Shown here: in pieces, positions 1-10,346 of the stretch | How positions within the stretch are numbered: the first letter of the stretch is position 1 | Layout of the letters: each line of letters begins with the position of its first letter | Virus record (IMG/VR): IMGVR_UViG_3300025789_000002 | Reading direction: 5' to 3' (one strand) | From: an uncultured virus (IMG/VR IMGVR_UViG_3300025789_000002) | Taxonomy: Duplodnaviria; Heunggongvirae; Uroviricota; Caudoviricetes | DNA: 64,000 nucleotides | Translations under genes and position numbers: made by a program | Notes under the pieces: generated by a model | What the model saw: the letters and a program-made list of their open reading frames with translations, nothing else | What the model was told of the DNA's origin: nothing | Databases searched by the model: none

Positions 1-1060
1 CACCCGTGGTATTTTGTGATAGGGCTGAATTACCAAAAGCCGAATTAGATGTGCCAGTTGTGTTATTAAGAAGAGCGCTATATCCAACGGCTGTATGTCC
101 GGCGCCTGTTGTGTTGTTAGACAAAGAAGCATACCCTACTGCTGTGTTTCCGCCTGCAGTGTTGTTAAAAGCTGCTTGATAGCCTATTGCTGTAGTATAA
201 GCTGAGGTTGTATTGTTGTATCCAGCTTGATAACCAATTGCAATATTACCTATGCCTGTCGTATTACTATATCCAGCTTGGTATCCTACTGCTGTGTTGT
301 TAGAAGCGGTAGTGTTGGAATAAAGTGCAGATGTTCCTAATGCAACATTAGAGTTTCCAGTCGTATTATTAGTTAATGCTTGAAAACCAATACCTTGATT
401 TGCTCCGCCTGTAGTATTTGAATATAAAGCTGTATAACCAAATGCTTCGTTAGGTGTTCCTGTGGTGTTTGTATAAAGAGACTTATAACCTACAGCGGTG
501 TTATTTGATGCGCTTCCACTGCCTAAACCAACAGTAAGGCCATGAATAGTAGCGTCTGCTGTAGTAGTTAGGGTCGAAATACCTGACAGTGAACCAGAAA
601 TGCTTGTGTTGCCAGATACTGTTAGGTTGCCGTTAACTACGAAGTTACCTGCAGAGCCGGTTTGGGCTGAGTAAAAGTTAGTACCGTCGGTGTAAACCTG
701 TGCAGTAACCCCATTAGGGATAGTAATAATAGCCCCACTTGAAGCTCCAATAGTAATTGCGTACCCGCCAGCAGTATTGTTGTACACAATGTACATTTTT
801 GGTTGGTTAAGAGGAGCAACAATTTGGTAAATACCTGAGTTTGTACCTTGCACAACAAGCACCATATTACGTGCTTCATCTAATACGCCGTTAAGGTTCG
901 ATAAAGTATAGTTGGCGTTAGCCATTGTGATGGTTTGGACACCTGATACGGCTTGCTCAATTAGGGTCCAGTTTGTATCTGTTGTCGTACCCCAATAACC
1001 AGACTGCTCTCCGCTAGCAATTTGCTGTATTTTTAAACTAGTTGTATATGAAGAAGTCAT
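1..1060 (-). CDS. Tail fibre-like protein, truncated at window start
   Basis: Read by hand from ATG at 1060 (MTSSYTTSLKIQQIASGEQSGYWGTTT...). Later contains tandem NTTG..NxAVGY repeats typical of beta-roll fibre/adhesin shafts. Absent from the ORF track because there is no stop in the window. Confidence 0.75.
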   Translation of the reverse strand, partial: MTSSYTTSLKIQQIASGEQSGYWGTTTDTNWTLIEQAVSGVQTITMANANYTLSNLNGVLDEARNMVLVVQGTNSGIYQIVAPLNQPKMYIVYNNTAGGYAITIGASSGAIITIPNGVTAQVYTDGTNFYSAQTGSAGNFVVNGNLTVSGNTSISGSLSGISTLTTTADATIHGLTVGLGSGSASNNTAVGYKSLYTNTTGTPNEAFGYTALYSNTTGGANQGIGFQALTNNTTGNSNVALGTSALYSNTTASNNTAVGYQAGYSNTTGIGNIAIGYQAGYNNTTSAYTTAIGYQAAFNNTAGGNTAVGYASLSNNTTGAGHTAVGYSALLNNTTGTSNSAFGNSALSQNTTG

Positions 1061-1069
1061 TATCTGTCC

Positions 1070-2098
1070 TTATTTCTGCGTGTTATCAATTTGCTGCCAG
1101 TTAGGATTTTGGGCGTCCCCAATATTAACCCAAGTTACTGTCTGACCGTTATTTACTGATGTCCAAGTTACTGTTTGGTTGTTATTAACGTTACCCCAGG
1201 ATGTGGTCTGCCCATTAGCTACTACTGTCCAAGTAACCGTCTGGGAGTCCACTACTTTAAACCAGCCACGCCCAACAAACTCGTCTAATGATACCAAATT
1301 CTCGGTTATTTGACTATTAAAACTTGCTTGGGCAGCTATTAAATCAACTAAATTGACTGATTCTGTTAGGGTTGTTACGAATATAGCTTGGCGGTTAGAT
1401 GAATCAGCGGACGTTAAAGCCTCTGTAATAGTATCTGATAAAGCTTTAAAAACAGATTCTGTATCGGCTAATCCGGCATTTTCTGTAATAGCGGATTGGA
1501 AATTAACCTGCACGGACTCTAAATCTGCTGCGGTTAGGGCTTCGGTAATAGCGGAGTTTAAATTCGCTTGGATGCTTTCTGCATCAGCCAAACTAGAGTT
1601 TTCAGCTAAAGTACCAGCAAAAATAGCAGTAACAGTTTGGGTATTAGCAAGAGTAGCTGCCTCAGTAATTGCGCTAGATAAAATAGCTAGGTAAGACTCT
1701 GTATCGGCTGCGCCAAAATTCTCAGTAATTGCGCTAGCAAAAATATTAACTACAAAAGATGCGTCAGCAGCCGTTAGGGGCTCAGTAATAGACACCGATA
1801 TTGTATAGGTATAGCTCGATGTATCTGCTAGGGTACTATTTTCTGTTGCTGCACTGTTAAAGTTTGTTTGGGTTGACTCGGTGTCTGCCAGATTTGAATC
1901 TTCTGTTGCGCTTGAACTTGTAACTTGTGCTGCAGATTCCGTATCAGCTAAGGTTGCGGCTTCAGTTGTGGTGGTGTTATACGCAGATTGGGCAGATTCG
2001 GAGTCGGATAGAGTTGAATTTTCTGTAATGCTTGAGTTTGAAAATAAATACCCTTGCTGTACAAAAGAAGAAGACGAAATCGCCTGTTTACCAAACAT
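1070..2098 (-). CDS. Virion structural protein with ~20-aa repeats
   Basis: Repeats such as SAITENxxLADxES; C-terminal xQTVTWxxV repeats; lies in the tail module. Confidence 0.6.
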   Translation of the reverse strand: MFGKQAISSSSFVQQGYLFSNSSITENSTLSDSESAQSAYNTTTTEAATLADTESAAQVTSSSATEDSNLADTESTQTNFNSAATENSTLADTSSYTYTISVSITEPLTAADASFVVNIFASAITENFGAADTESYLAILSSAITEAATLANTQTVTAIFAGTLAENSSLADAESIQANLNSAITEALTAADLESVQVNFQSAITENAGLADTESVFKALSDTITEALTSADSSNRQAIFVTTLTESVNLVDLIAAQASFNSQITENLVSLDEFVGRGWFKVVDSQTVTWTVVANGQTTSWGNVNNNQTVTWTSVNNGQTVTWVNIGDAQNPNWQQIDNTQK

Positions 2099-2101
2099 TA
2101 C

Positions 2102-2341
2102 TTATTCGCTTAACTGTGATACTTTAATTGTATATACCCAATCACCCATGATATAGGGGTCGCAAGGCTCCAGAAATTGAGTTTCTGGGTCATAGTCAAG
2201 GTACAGGTTTACGTTCATACAATTATTCTCAGCCATAAAGTCTGGACTTGGCCCTGAGTCTGAAAATGACGTATTGGGGAACATGGACTTATAATCTGAC
2301 AAATCAACTACTTGCCCGTTTTCAATTTTTGCTATTAACAT
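2102..2341 (-). CDS. Small tail-fibre-associated protein
   Basis: 79 aa directly downstream of the LamG fibre gene. Confidence 0.5.
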   Translation of the reverse strand: MLIAKIENGQVVDLSDYKSMFPNTSFSDSGPSPDFMAENNCMNVNLYLDYDPETQFLEPCDPYIMGDWVYTIKVSQLSE

Positions 2342-2349
2342 ATAAGTCC

Positions 2350-4365
2350 TTATTGATTAGGGAATGCTGCAGTAGGTGGTGTAAAGTTAGCTGTGTAACG
2401 AGCTATGCCATTGGTAATCCGAATATCGTCTAAATAGCAATTTGAGCTATTAGTAGGAGTTGGCAAATAAGCACCAATGCCTAAGTTATTGGATACATAG
2501 TTTGTAGAATCTGTAGTCCAGGTAGAACCTTGCTGAGTGCCGTTTACAAACAATCGTGTGTTTGTTCCGCTACGACAAACTGCCACATGATACCATTGCC
2601 CTGTAGACAAGGCTGTACCAGTAATTTGAGTCACATTTGATACATAGTAAGTAAGTGCAGAACTTACTAATTGAATAACTGGGGCAGCTTGTGTACCTGT
2701 AGAGCGTTGGTCATAAAAATCTCCGTTAGATGTAGAGTTTAGATACAACCAAAACTCAATCGTAAAGTTAGCCGTTCCAAGTGTCGTATATGGCAGAGAA
2801 GGAACAGTCATGCCATTACTGCTTGCTGCATAAGCTACAGAACCAGTACCAAATTTAACTTGAGTAGTGCTAACTTTTGGATTTGAAGCGGTAATTAAAT
2901 CTGATTTACCAGCGTTATCATAAATACCTGCGTTAGTGCCGTTTAATAATAGTTGTGTATTTGTAATAGCAGTTAGTGGCGCAGTTGGAGGCGTAAAGTT
3001 TGATGTATATACAGCAGTACCTTTTACAATTCTAACATTAGAGATATAACCGTTTACAAAGTTTAAAGAAGCATAAGAAACAGCTCCAATAGGTAAAACT
3101 GATGCAAAAGCATAGAGTGTTGCAGAAGTTGTTGTGACTGTTCCAGCTACTCCATTAAGATAAGGTGTTACTGATGTTCCATTTCGAACTAATGCAATAT
3201 GATTCCAAGTATTTAATGTTGCTGTTCCAATAGCTACACCACTTGCTACATCCCAAGATGTACCTACAGAACTTAAATAATATGTTAATGCTCCAGAAGT
3301 ATTTGATACTATTGCGTAAGAAAAATTTGCTGAGCCTGAACTACCAGTATTAATAATTTGAGGGCTTGTTGAAAAACTATTAAAATATATCCAAAATTCA
3401 ATAGTAAAATTTCCAGAACCAAATTGTAAATTAGCACTATTGGGAACAGTTAATTTGTCAGTTGTCCCATTAAAATACAAACTTCCACCATTGACACTTG
3501 TGTTATATGCAGAAGTTGGCGCATAAGGACTCCAAGGTTGGACTTGAACTGTTCCAACTATTGTTGCAGCAGCATTATTACTTGAGTTATCTTGAATGTT
3601 GTTAGATTGGCAAGTTAATAATTGAGTATTGGTAATCGCAGTTAAAGGAACTGTTGATGGTGTAAAGTTGCTTGTATATACAGCTGTACCCTTAACAATT
3701 CTAAGGTTTGATAAATAACCATTTAAAACTCTTGATGCGTTATTAGCATCATATCCAATGCCAAATGTGGCAGAACTGCTAACCATATTTGCACTTTGAG
3801 TGCCACTTACAACAGAAGTTCCATTGATATACATGGTGTAAGTAGTGCTGCTTTTTACTACTGCAATATGATACCAAGTGCCTATTGCAAGAGTTCCTGG
3901 GCTATCTAAAAGAATGACCGCAGTCGTTCCTGATTGTGCTTGAAACTGAACTGTATTTGCAGCAATAACTCTAAATAAAAATCCGTTTGTTCCAAGCGTT
4001 TGCCTGTTATCACAAAATATCTGTATTCTATTTAATTCGTTTAAATAGACCCAACATTCAATAGTAAAATCAGTATTTGTAGGGTTGTAGTTTGCATTAG
4101 AAGGAAATCTAAATCCGTTAGCACTACCATTAAAATAATTAGACCAATATCCAGCAGCTTGACTAAATGGTGTATAAGTTCCTTGAGTAGCTGTTCCTGT
4201 ACTAGTAATAGTAAAGTTATTAGAAGAAGAATCTAAGAATGTGTTGTTTTGTGCACCATTAGTGCCATCACAATGAAGCAAACAAGCCACTTGGTTAAAG
4301 TTTGGGTCAGTAGATGGAGGTGTTGTTCCTTGCCCTGCAGCAGCCCTTAACATATGATTGAGCAT
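2350..4365 (-). CDS. Tail fibre/receptor-binding protein with three LamG (ConA-like) domains
   Basis: Three FTIE(C/F)WxY...WxHIAVV...YxNG...RIxKG.A.YT.NFTPP units. Probable start MLNHML at 4365, overlapping the upstream stop. Confidence 0.85.
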   Translation of the reverse strand: MLNHMLRAAAGQGTTPPSTDPNFNQVACLLHCDGTNGAQNNTFLDSSSNNFTITSTGTATQGTYTPFSQAAGYWSNYFNGSANGFRFPSNANYNPTNTDFTIECWVYLNELNRIQIFCDNRQTLGTNGFLFRVIAANTVQFQAQSGTTAVILLDSPGTLAIGTWYHIAVVKSSTTYTMYINGTSVVSGTQSANMVSSSATFGIGYDANNASRVLNGYLSNLRIVKGTAVYTSNFTPSTVPLTAITNTQLLTCQSNNIQDNSSNNAAATIVGTVQVQPWSPYAPTSAYNTSVNGGSLYFNGTTDKLTVPNSANLQFGSGNFTIEFWIYFNSFSTSPQIINTGSSGSANFSYAIVSNTSGALTYYLSSVGTSWDVASGVAIGTATLNTWNHIALVRNGTSVTPYLNGVAGTVTTTSATLYAFASVLPIGAVSYASLNFVNGYISNVRIVKGTAVYTSNFTPPTAPLTAITNTQLLLNGTNAGIYDNAGKSDLITASNPKVSTTQVKFGTGSVAYAASSNGMTVPSLPYTTLGTANFTIEFWLYLNSTSNGDFYDQRSTGTQAAPVIQLVSSALTYYVSNVTQITGTALSTGQWYHVAVCRSGTNTRLFVNGTQQGSTWTTDSTNYVSNNLGIGAYLPTPTNSSNCYLDDIRITNGIARYTANFTPPTAAFPNQ

Positions 4366-4994
4366 TATGCACTTCCTACTAAAGCACCATAAATAGTAGA
4401 GCCGACCTTCCATAATTCAATAATAGTAGTTAAAGAAGTAGAAAGTGTTGGTGCAGAACCACCTACCCAAGTAACTGGAATACTAGACCAAGTAATAGAG
4501 TTTGTACTAGCAACAACTTGTAATGTCATAGACTGTCCTGCAGCCCATGTACCTGCTGTTGGGGTACTCGAACCTGATAATGTCCAAGTCTGAATTGTAC
4601 CATTTGTAGGGCTTAATGCAGGTGTTGTACCTGATACTGCGTAAACTGTCTCTGCATAGTTTAATAAACCTAATGAACCAGTAGAGTCTAAATAAGCTGA
4701 TTTAGAAGACGGGTAATCAACAAAAACGGTTACAGTACCGCTAAAAGTTACAGCAGAGCCTGAGTTGCTAGATGAAAGAATTGTGGTTCTAGTAAGTAAA
4801 TTACCGCTTGTTGCATATGTGCCAAGACCAACTTCCCAGTTAGTTCCGTCTGTTGCTCCATAATAAGTAGTGTTTGTATTACCTATTGCGGAACTAAATG
4901 TTTGATAGCCAGTACTAGCCCCAGCCAAACTAAAACTAACTGTAGTATTGGCTGTTGCGGTCTCTTGTACTCGGTCTTTTAAAGTAAGAGCCAT
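4365..4994 (-). CDS. Tail/fibre-associated structural protein
   Basis: MALTLKDRVQET...WEVGLGTY...LTRTTILSSSNSG N-terminus; Thr/Ser/Gly-rich; tail module. Confidence 0.65.
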   Translation of the reverse strand: MALTLKDRVQETATANTTVSFSLAGASTGYQTFSSAIGNTNTTYYGATDGTNWEVGLGTYATSGNLLTRTTILSSSNSGSAVTFSGTVTVFVDYPSSKSAYLDSTGSLGLLNYAETVYAVSGTTPALSPTNGTIQTWTLSGSSTPTAGTWAAGQSMTLQVVASTNSITWSSIPVTWVGGSAPTLSTSLTTIIELWKVGSTIYGALVGSA

Positions 4995-5006
4995 TTTAGG
5001 CTCCTA

Positions 5007-5612
5007 TTAGCTAGTAGCTGTTGTACTGTAAGTAACGTTTAACTGGTCTGTAGAAGCAACAGTCTTGTTACCACCAGTAAATGAACCCGCAGAATACAAA
5101 GTACCTGTAGTGTTATCAATAGTAGAAGAACCGTTAATGTTGATAAAGCAGCCAGCTACAGTACCAGAACCAGTAAAGGTAAACGACACAGCAGCAGAAG
5201 TTGTCTTAGTAGTTACGTTAGATGGTGTAGAACCAGAAGATGTTGCGGCACTAAATGTTGGCGTCTTACGTGTACCAGAGTAAGTAGGGGCATTAGTAGC
5301 ACCAGACTCTAACCAGCCAGAGTGTGAAGCTTGAGTATCAGCAGCGGAATATGTAGGTGTAGAAGCACCGGATACAAGCCCCATAACTACAGTGGCTGTG
5401 TATGAAGAACCAGCTAATAAAGTATCAAGCATAAGCTGTTTGCCTACTGCCATTACTAAGTTATCAATAGTTTCTTCCCATTTTAGATTACCGTCTTTAT
5501 CGTAGCAAGTTGCTACAAAACGGCCTTCCATACCAACTGCTTCAGTGAAGTCAGCGTTTTTAACCAAAGAAGCGCTGCTAAAGTCGCCAGTGCTTGAAAT
5601 TTCGTTATGCAT
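5007..5612 (-). CDS. Virion structural protein
   Basis: CYDKDGNLKWEE..DNLV motif; S/T/G-rich; GGAG RBS. Confidence 0.6.
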   Translation of the reverse strand: MHNEISSTGDFSSASLVKNADFTEAVGMEGRFVATCYDKDGNLKWEETIDNLVMAVGKQLMLDTLLAGSSYTATVVMGLVSGASTPTYSAADTQASHSGWLESGATNAPTYSGTRKTPTFSAATSSGSTPSNVTTKTTSAAVSFTFTGSGTVAGCFININGSSTIDNTTGTLYSAGSFTGGNKTVASTDQLNVTYSTTATS

Positions 5613-5620
5613 ACTTGCTC

Positions 5621-6052
5621 CTAAATAATTCTAATAATGGCAGTTGTTGAAGTTGCCGTTGGAAATGTTACAGTAAAAGTTGAACTAGCAGTTTTATCTG
5701 CCCCAAAATCTAACACACAAATAGCTGCTCCAGTAGTGCTATTATAAATTAAAGCCCCTCTAGCTGTAAAGCTTGCAGGGTTCCATACGGCGTTAGCAAA
5801 AGATATGTAAGCTGTAGTACTTCCAGTCTGGTTTGTAGGAGTTTGGGATATAACTAATGTTTTACCACCAGCGGTATACCCTGTACCGACTACTTCATTT
5901 GAAGAGGTGTATACCAAAGTATCAGCGTTAAGAATCGCATTAGCTGTATATAGTGCAATTTTATATGTGTATGGTGTGCCAGTATTAAAGTTTTCTAACC
6001 CTTTAAGGATATTATCTTTAAACACAGTACATGCAGTTTGGTAGATAGCCAT
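5621..6052 (-). CDS. Virion structural protein
   Basis: YKIALYT...NEV.GTGYTAGG...FTARGALIYN...LDFG motifs common in phage structural genes. Confidence 0.65.
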   Translation of the reverse strand: MAIYQTACTVFKDNILKGLENFNTGTPYTYKIALYTANAILNADTLVYTSSNEVVGTGYTAGGKTLVISQTPTNQTGSTTAYISFANAVWNPASFTARGALIYNSTTGAAICVLDFGADKTASSTFTVTFPTATSTTAIIRII

Positions 6053-6963
6053 TACGGATTAACCTTAATTTTTGCTTGGCCATCTCTATAAGCGTCTCCA
6101 CGTTCCATACCAGTTCCCAAACGATTAAGCATAAGCATGGCTTCTTGAAATTTATCTTCGTAGTACTTAACCATGTCCGCTTCACCTTTCATAAAAATCA
6201 TAGCTTCACGCATAGCGCCATAAAATAAAACGGGGTCAAAATTATCGCCAAGCCAGCTTTTACCTGTAGCATTAGTAACAGAAGCTACCGGGATAGAAAA
6301 CCCGCTACCAGTAGGGCCAAGGGAAGTACAAGAAAGAACATCGCCCACGACATAAAAATTGCCGCCAAAAGTAAGGGTACAGGATGTAATGACTCCGCCG
6401 GAAATAACGATATCAGCAGTTGCATTAGCACCGGAACCTCCTGTCAAAGGTACATTTTGATATACACCATTAGTGTATAAAGAGCCCGCATTAATAGTAC
6501 CTAGTGTAGCTATCTGCCCTTGAACTATTGTAGGTGGGTAGTAAAAATAATGCATTTCTACGTTATAGTTACTATCTGGGGTAGGCCCTAGCATTAGCGT
6601 TAAGTCTTCTAGATTAGATATTTGATTACCAAATAAAGCATAGTACTGTGGCTGGCCTGTAGCTGTATTTGTAGGAAATGCTTCTCTAATAAAATTAACG
6701 TCTTTGTTTAAAAGGTAGCTATAGTTATTATTAGAATCTATTACGGCTAAAGAATAATTAGATAGCCAGTCTACAGGTAGTGCTAAATACGGATTACTTG
6801 CAGTTAAAGTGCCCGTAACATTCTTACGTAAAGAAGGTATTTGAACTGAGTTATATATACGGTCTTCAGCCTCCTGTACAAAAACAGGAATAGTTGCTAC
6901 AAACAAAGACTCTGTGTTCTCAGCGTAGGCTTGAATGTTGTTATATAACGTTTCGTAGTTCAT
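6052..6963 (-). CDS. Head-tail adaptor/tail tubular-like protein with Gly-rich insertion
   Basis: AEDRIY...G.P.YYA...GPTPD.NY..E.HY pattern; residues ~150-235 form a beta-rich insert. Confidence 0.6.
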   Translation of the reverse strand: MNYETLYNNIQAYAENTESLFVATIPVFVQEAEDRIYNSVQIPSLRKNVTGTLTASNPYLALPVDWLSNYSLAVIDSNNNYSYLLNKDVNFIREAFPTNTATGQPQYYALFGNQISNLEDLTLMLGPTPDSNYNVEMHYFYYPPTIVQGQIATLGTINAGSLYTNGVYQNVPLTGGSGANATADIVISGGVITSCTLTFGGNFYVVGDVLSCTSLGPTGSGFSIPVASVTNATGKSWLGDNFDPVLFYGAMREAMIFMKGEADMVKYYEDKFQEAMLMLNRLGTGMERGDAYRDGQAKIKVNP

Positions 6964-6977
6964 TCGGGTTTACCCTA

Positions 6978-7268
6978 CTAGGCCAATGGCCCATAAGCTT
7001 TACGACCTTTAGTAGCAGCACCGTTTCCACGAGTTTCTACACCATCACGCTTTGGCTTGGAAACTGCGTAACTAACACCATTAGGTACTGGGTCTGTTAA
7101 TCCTGCTTCTTTAGCTGATTTTTCAGTTACATAAGTTTCAAATGGGCTTTCCCCTGCTTTAACAGAAGTACCATTTTTTGCATACGAATCTGCAGGTTTA
7201 TTATTACGGGCTTTGCCTAAGGTAATAGCAGGGCTATCTTTCTTAGTAGCTTTAATCTCTTTAGCCAT
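6978..7268 (-). CDS. Small basic hypothetical protein
   Basis: Start MAKEIK; C-terminal RGNGAATKG motif. Confidence 0.6.
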   Translation of the reverse strand: MAKEIKATKKDSPAITLGKARNNKPADSYAKNGTSVKAGESPFETYVTEKSAKEAGLTDPVPNGVSYAVSKPKRDGVETRGNGAATKGRKAYGPLA

Positions 7269-7269
7269 A

Positions 7270-7461
7270 TTAACGACCTCTTTGGTTGTTGGCACGGGCC
7301 ATATTACGGCCTACAGCTTTCATAGCTTTACCGGATACATTACGTGCACCTTTGCTACTCTTGCCCTTTTCAATACCAATAGTTGGACCAGTATCCCCTA
7401 GGTTTTTACCTTTAGTTTTACCGTGTTGGGTAACGCCATCTGCGCCTGATTTATATCCCAT
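7270..7461 (-). CDS. Small basic hypothetical protein
   Basis: K/G-rich; ADG...GKTKG motif; GGAG RBS. Confidence 0.6.
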   Translation of the reverse strand: MGYKSGADGVTQHGKTKGKNLGDTGPTIGIEKGKSSKGARNVSGKAMKAVGRNMARANNQRGR

Positions 7462-7471
7462 TTTGCTGCTC

Positions 7472-7861
7472 CTAAGTTGTTGTTACTGTTACTGTACCTA
7501 CTGCTATTGTACTGACTAAATAGTTCGGTGTTAACACCGTATCAAAAAGACTAGCCCCGCCTACTGGAGCCCAGCCCCACTGGATTACCCTACTACCGCC
7601 GCTAATATACCCATTTATATCCAAACCAGATGCTTCATAGCTTATATCTGTACGTGGTTCCCGTACTGCTTGTGGGTCGTTAACTGGGTACATACCTAGC
7701 TGTAACTGAGGGTGGTCTGGGTCCCAACAAGTAGGGCAAACTTTAATCTGAAACAGCTTAGTCTTAATAACTTCTTTTTTCAGTTCTCTTAACTTATAGC
7801 GTTGCCCACACCGGTCACACTCGGCGATTGCATATTTACCCGATGCAAACTTTGATGGCAT
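7472..7861 (-). CDS. Zn-ribbon late protein
   Basis: CDRCG...VCPTCWD CxxC pairs. Confidence 0.65.
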   Translation of the reverse strand: MPSKFASGKYAIAECDRCGQRYKLRELKKEVIKTKLFQIKVCPTCWDPDHPQLQLGMYPVNDPQAVREPRTDISYEASGLDINGYISGGSRVIQWGWAPVGGASLFDTVLTPNYLVSTIAVGTVTVTTT

Positions 7862-7867
7862 AGCTAA

Positions 7868-8806
7868 TTAGTAAAACAACTGTCGTGGTACAAACCGAAT
7901 AGAAGCTTTTTCTCTATCTTCTTCTGCGGCATTCTTAAATTCTTCATCGTAAGCCATCTTCAACCCCATTACTCTTTGTAGGTCTACTTCTGGTTTCTTA
8001 ACTGCAATCATATACGCTAGTCCAGCAACCATCGCTGGAATGAAACGAAACGGAATATCTTCGACATTAATACCTCCGCCAGCATCTTGCATACGACGCA
8101 AACGCCAATAAATGAAAGTATAAGGGCCACCACCATCACCAGTAGGCCAAACGTTAATATTTGGAAGCTTCTGGACAATAATAGCAGCGTTATATGCATG
8201 AGAAACTGCGGTTGTATTGTTTTGACCACGCCAGCAAGATAAGAGCTGATTTCCTGAGATATTTTCATACGCAATAATTTCTGAGCCAATCTGGATAAAG
8301 CCCGTAGTTGCAAAACCTACAGTAGAGTTTAACTGAATTGTTGTATCTGTAGCAGATATGCCGCCGTTGCCGTTAGAACCATTACCTACTAGAGTAGCTG
8401 TTGTTGTATTAGACTGTCCTGTTTGGCGGTCAATCCACACTTGAATAGGTCGGCCTTGTGCATTCTTAGTCGGTATCGTAGAGTATGTAGACTCAGAGAT
8501 GCGAGTGATATTAATATCAATTTGGTTTGTTCCAGTACCCGTGCGTACAACGTGGTCTAGCAAATCAATAGTATCTACAGGTAGCGGATAGCTGTTTTGC
8601 CCTGTATTGATAAGAATCTGACCCTGCTCAATAGTCCACAGGTTAATACCACGGTTAGCCCATTCAATAGTAAGCAAGTTAAGGCTACGGCGAGCTGTTC
8701 TTAAATCATATCCAGAACGCATCTCAAGACCAGCACGTTCAAAAGCCTCCTCAACTATTTCGGTTAGTTGAAGATTGAATGTACTAACGCCTGATGTATA
8801 TGCCAT
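7868..8806 (-). CDS. Head-tail connector-like protein
   Basis: EIVEEAFERAG...ARRSLNLL..EWANRGINLW; late module. Confidence 0.6.
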   Translation of the reverse strand: MAYTSGVSTFNLQLTEIVEEAFERAGLEMRSGYDLRTARRSLNLLTIEWANRGINLWTIEQGQILINTGQNSYPLPVDTIDLLDHVVRTGTGTNQIDINITRISESTYSTIPTKNAQGRPIQVWIDRQTGQSNTTTATLVGNGSNGNGGISATDTTIQLNSTVGFATTGFIQIGSEIIAYENISGNQLLSCWRGQNNTTAVSHAYNAAIIVQKLPNINVWPTGDGGGPYTFIYWRLRRMQDAGGGINVEDIPFRFIPAMVAGLAYMIAVKKPEVDLQRVMGLKMAYDEEFKNAAEEDREKASIRFVPRQLFY

Positions 8807-8925
8807 TACTTAGCCTTTTTCTTAACGGTCTTTTTAGCAGTTACTTTTCTAGCAATTCCACCTTTTTTCATACCTTCTGTACTAGTAGGTACCCTAGGTG
8901 GGGTTTTTGGGGATACAGCTGTCAT
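8806..8925 (-). CDS. 39-aa basic peptide (MKKGG motif), below the ORF-track cutoff
   Basis: MTAVSPKTPPRVPTSTEGMKKGGIARKVTAKKTVKKKAK; start and stop overlap both neighbours. Confidence 0.6.
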   Translation of the reverse strand: MTAVSPKTPPRVPTSTEGMKKGGIARKVTAKKTVKKKAK

Positions 8926-9185
8926 TATTTCTTTACCTTTGCAGTCTTAGCTGATTTAATAAAGTCCGCTTTAGAAGGCGCGCCCTTAGACCCAACTTTA
9001 CGCATTCTTTCACCAGAACCAGCTTTAATACGTGCCTGCTTCTTATGAATGTTTTCGTATAGACCAACTTTTCCACCTTCTTTATACATCTCAACATCCT
9101 GTGGCTTATCCTTACGCTTGATAATTTTCTTACCAGGCATTTTAGAAGGAGCTAAGTCGCCCATACCACGAGACGGTCTCATCAT
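8925..9185 (-). CDS. Small basic protein
   Basis: YKEGGKV GLYENIH...RMRK.G.KGAP. Confidence 0.65.
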   Translation of the reverse strand: MMRPSRGMGDLAPSKMPGKKIIKRKDKPQDVEMYKEGGKVGLYENIHKKQARIKAGSGERMRKVGSKGAPSKADFIKSAKTAKVKK

Positions 9186-9361
9186 TTACCTTTGAAATTC
9201 TTCTTGATATGGTCAGAGTGTTTCATGTGTGACTGCTTGTGCTTAGCATACTCATTAGAGTGGTGCTTGTGTGCGCCTTCCTCATGTTGGGAAATAAAGT
9301 CATCATGGTGAACCATGTCTGGACCTGCGATTGGCTCAATAGCCTCTTTTACCATTTTCAT
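9182..9361 (-). CDS. His-rich small hypothetical protein
   Basis: Probable start MKMVKE after an AGGA RBS. Confidence 0.5.
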   Translation of the reverse strand: MKMVKEAIEPIAGPDMVHHDDFISQHEEGAHKHHSNEYAKHKQSHMKHSDHIKKNFKGK

Positions 9362-9375
9362 TTTACTATTCCTTA

Positions 9376-9666
9376 TTAACAATTTTTGCCACGGGTATGG
9401 CCTTTTACTGCGATACCATCGGCACGTTTAGATGCTGATGAACGAACCTTACCACCTTTTTTCATACCAGTCGGACTGCCCATCTGATCTACAGGGGCTG
9501 GAGGTTGAGCAGGCATAGCAGATTGTGCTGCTGTCGGTGCGCCCATAGAACTTCTCATTCTGTCCATTACGTCAGCATCGTGAATTGCAGAGGCAGCTAA
9601 TGCAGCTTTACGGTTTTTGGCTTCTTTAGCCTTCATTGCTTTTACTTCGTCTTTATCCATAGCCAT
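9376..9666 (-). CDS. Small basic protein (KKGG, ADGIA.KG.T.G)
   Basis: ORF track; shares motifs with neighbours. Confidence 0.65.
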   Translation of the reverse strand: MAMDKDEVKAMKAKEAKNRKAALAASAIHDADVMDRMRSSMGAPTAAQSAMPAQPPAPVDQMGSPTGMKKGGKVRSSASKRADGIAVKGHTRGKNC

Positions 9667-9668
9667 GA

Positions 9669-10346
9669 TTATTTAGCTTTCTTACCCATACCGCCGCCAC
9701 ACATAGTAATGAATTTACCTTTAGTTTTACCTTTAGATTCAATACCGCCGCCACGAGCCATTTTAGTAGGGCCGGAATCACCAAGGTTAGTACCTTTAGT
9801 AAGACCACGCTTTTGGACTTTGGATTGACCAAATTTACCAAGTTTGTTTGAGCCAGATTCTACATCTTTAGACATAGACTTAGGGCCCATTGTTTCGCCA
9901 CCTTTTGCCATTTTCTTCATAGCCATACCACCTTTTTTAAGTTTAGATAAGTCAGTACCTGGACCGGCTTTATGTTCTTGTTTGTCGTGCATTTTAAATG
10001 CTTTTTTAACGATGGCTTTATCTTGCTTTACATCAGCCTTCATATCTTCTTTCATGTCGCTCTTAGCCATACCGCCCTCTTTCTTACCAATATACTTGTT
10101 TAAATTAATGTTAGGTACTTCTTTTTTCTGCCCAAAAACACTACCAGCACGGGTCTCTTGGCGGTTAATCATTCCTTTGCCACCTTGAGTTTGCCCTACC
10201 CCGCCCCCAGTACCAAACTTTTTACCTTTGTCGGCTTTATTAAAGTCTTTGCCAACAGATTGGGGGATACCAACTTTCTTAGCAAAAGCAAAATTGTGGG
10301 CTACTGCCGCCATTAGGCGAGCTTGTTTTTCACTTGTGCTTGGCAC
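9669..10346 (-). CDS. Lys/Gly-rich basic protein with multiple xKGG motifs
   Basis: MPSTSEKQARLMAAVAHN..FAKKVGIPQSV N-terminus. Confidence 0.7.
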   Translation of the reverse strand: MPSTSEKQARLMAAVAHNFAFAKKVGIPQSVGKDFNKADKGKKFGTGGGVGQTQGGKGMINRQETRAGSVFGQKKEVPNINLNKYIGKKEGGMAKSDMKEDMKADVKQDKAIVKKAFKMHDKQEHKAGPGTDLSKLKKGGMAMKKMAKGGETMGPKSMSKDVESGSNKLGKFGQSKVQKRGLTKGTNLGDSGPTKMARGGGIESKGKTKGKFITMCGGGMGKKAK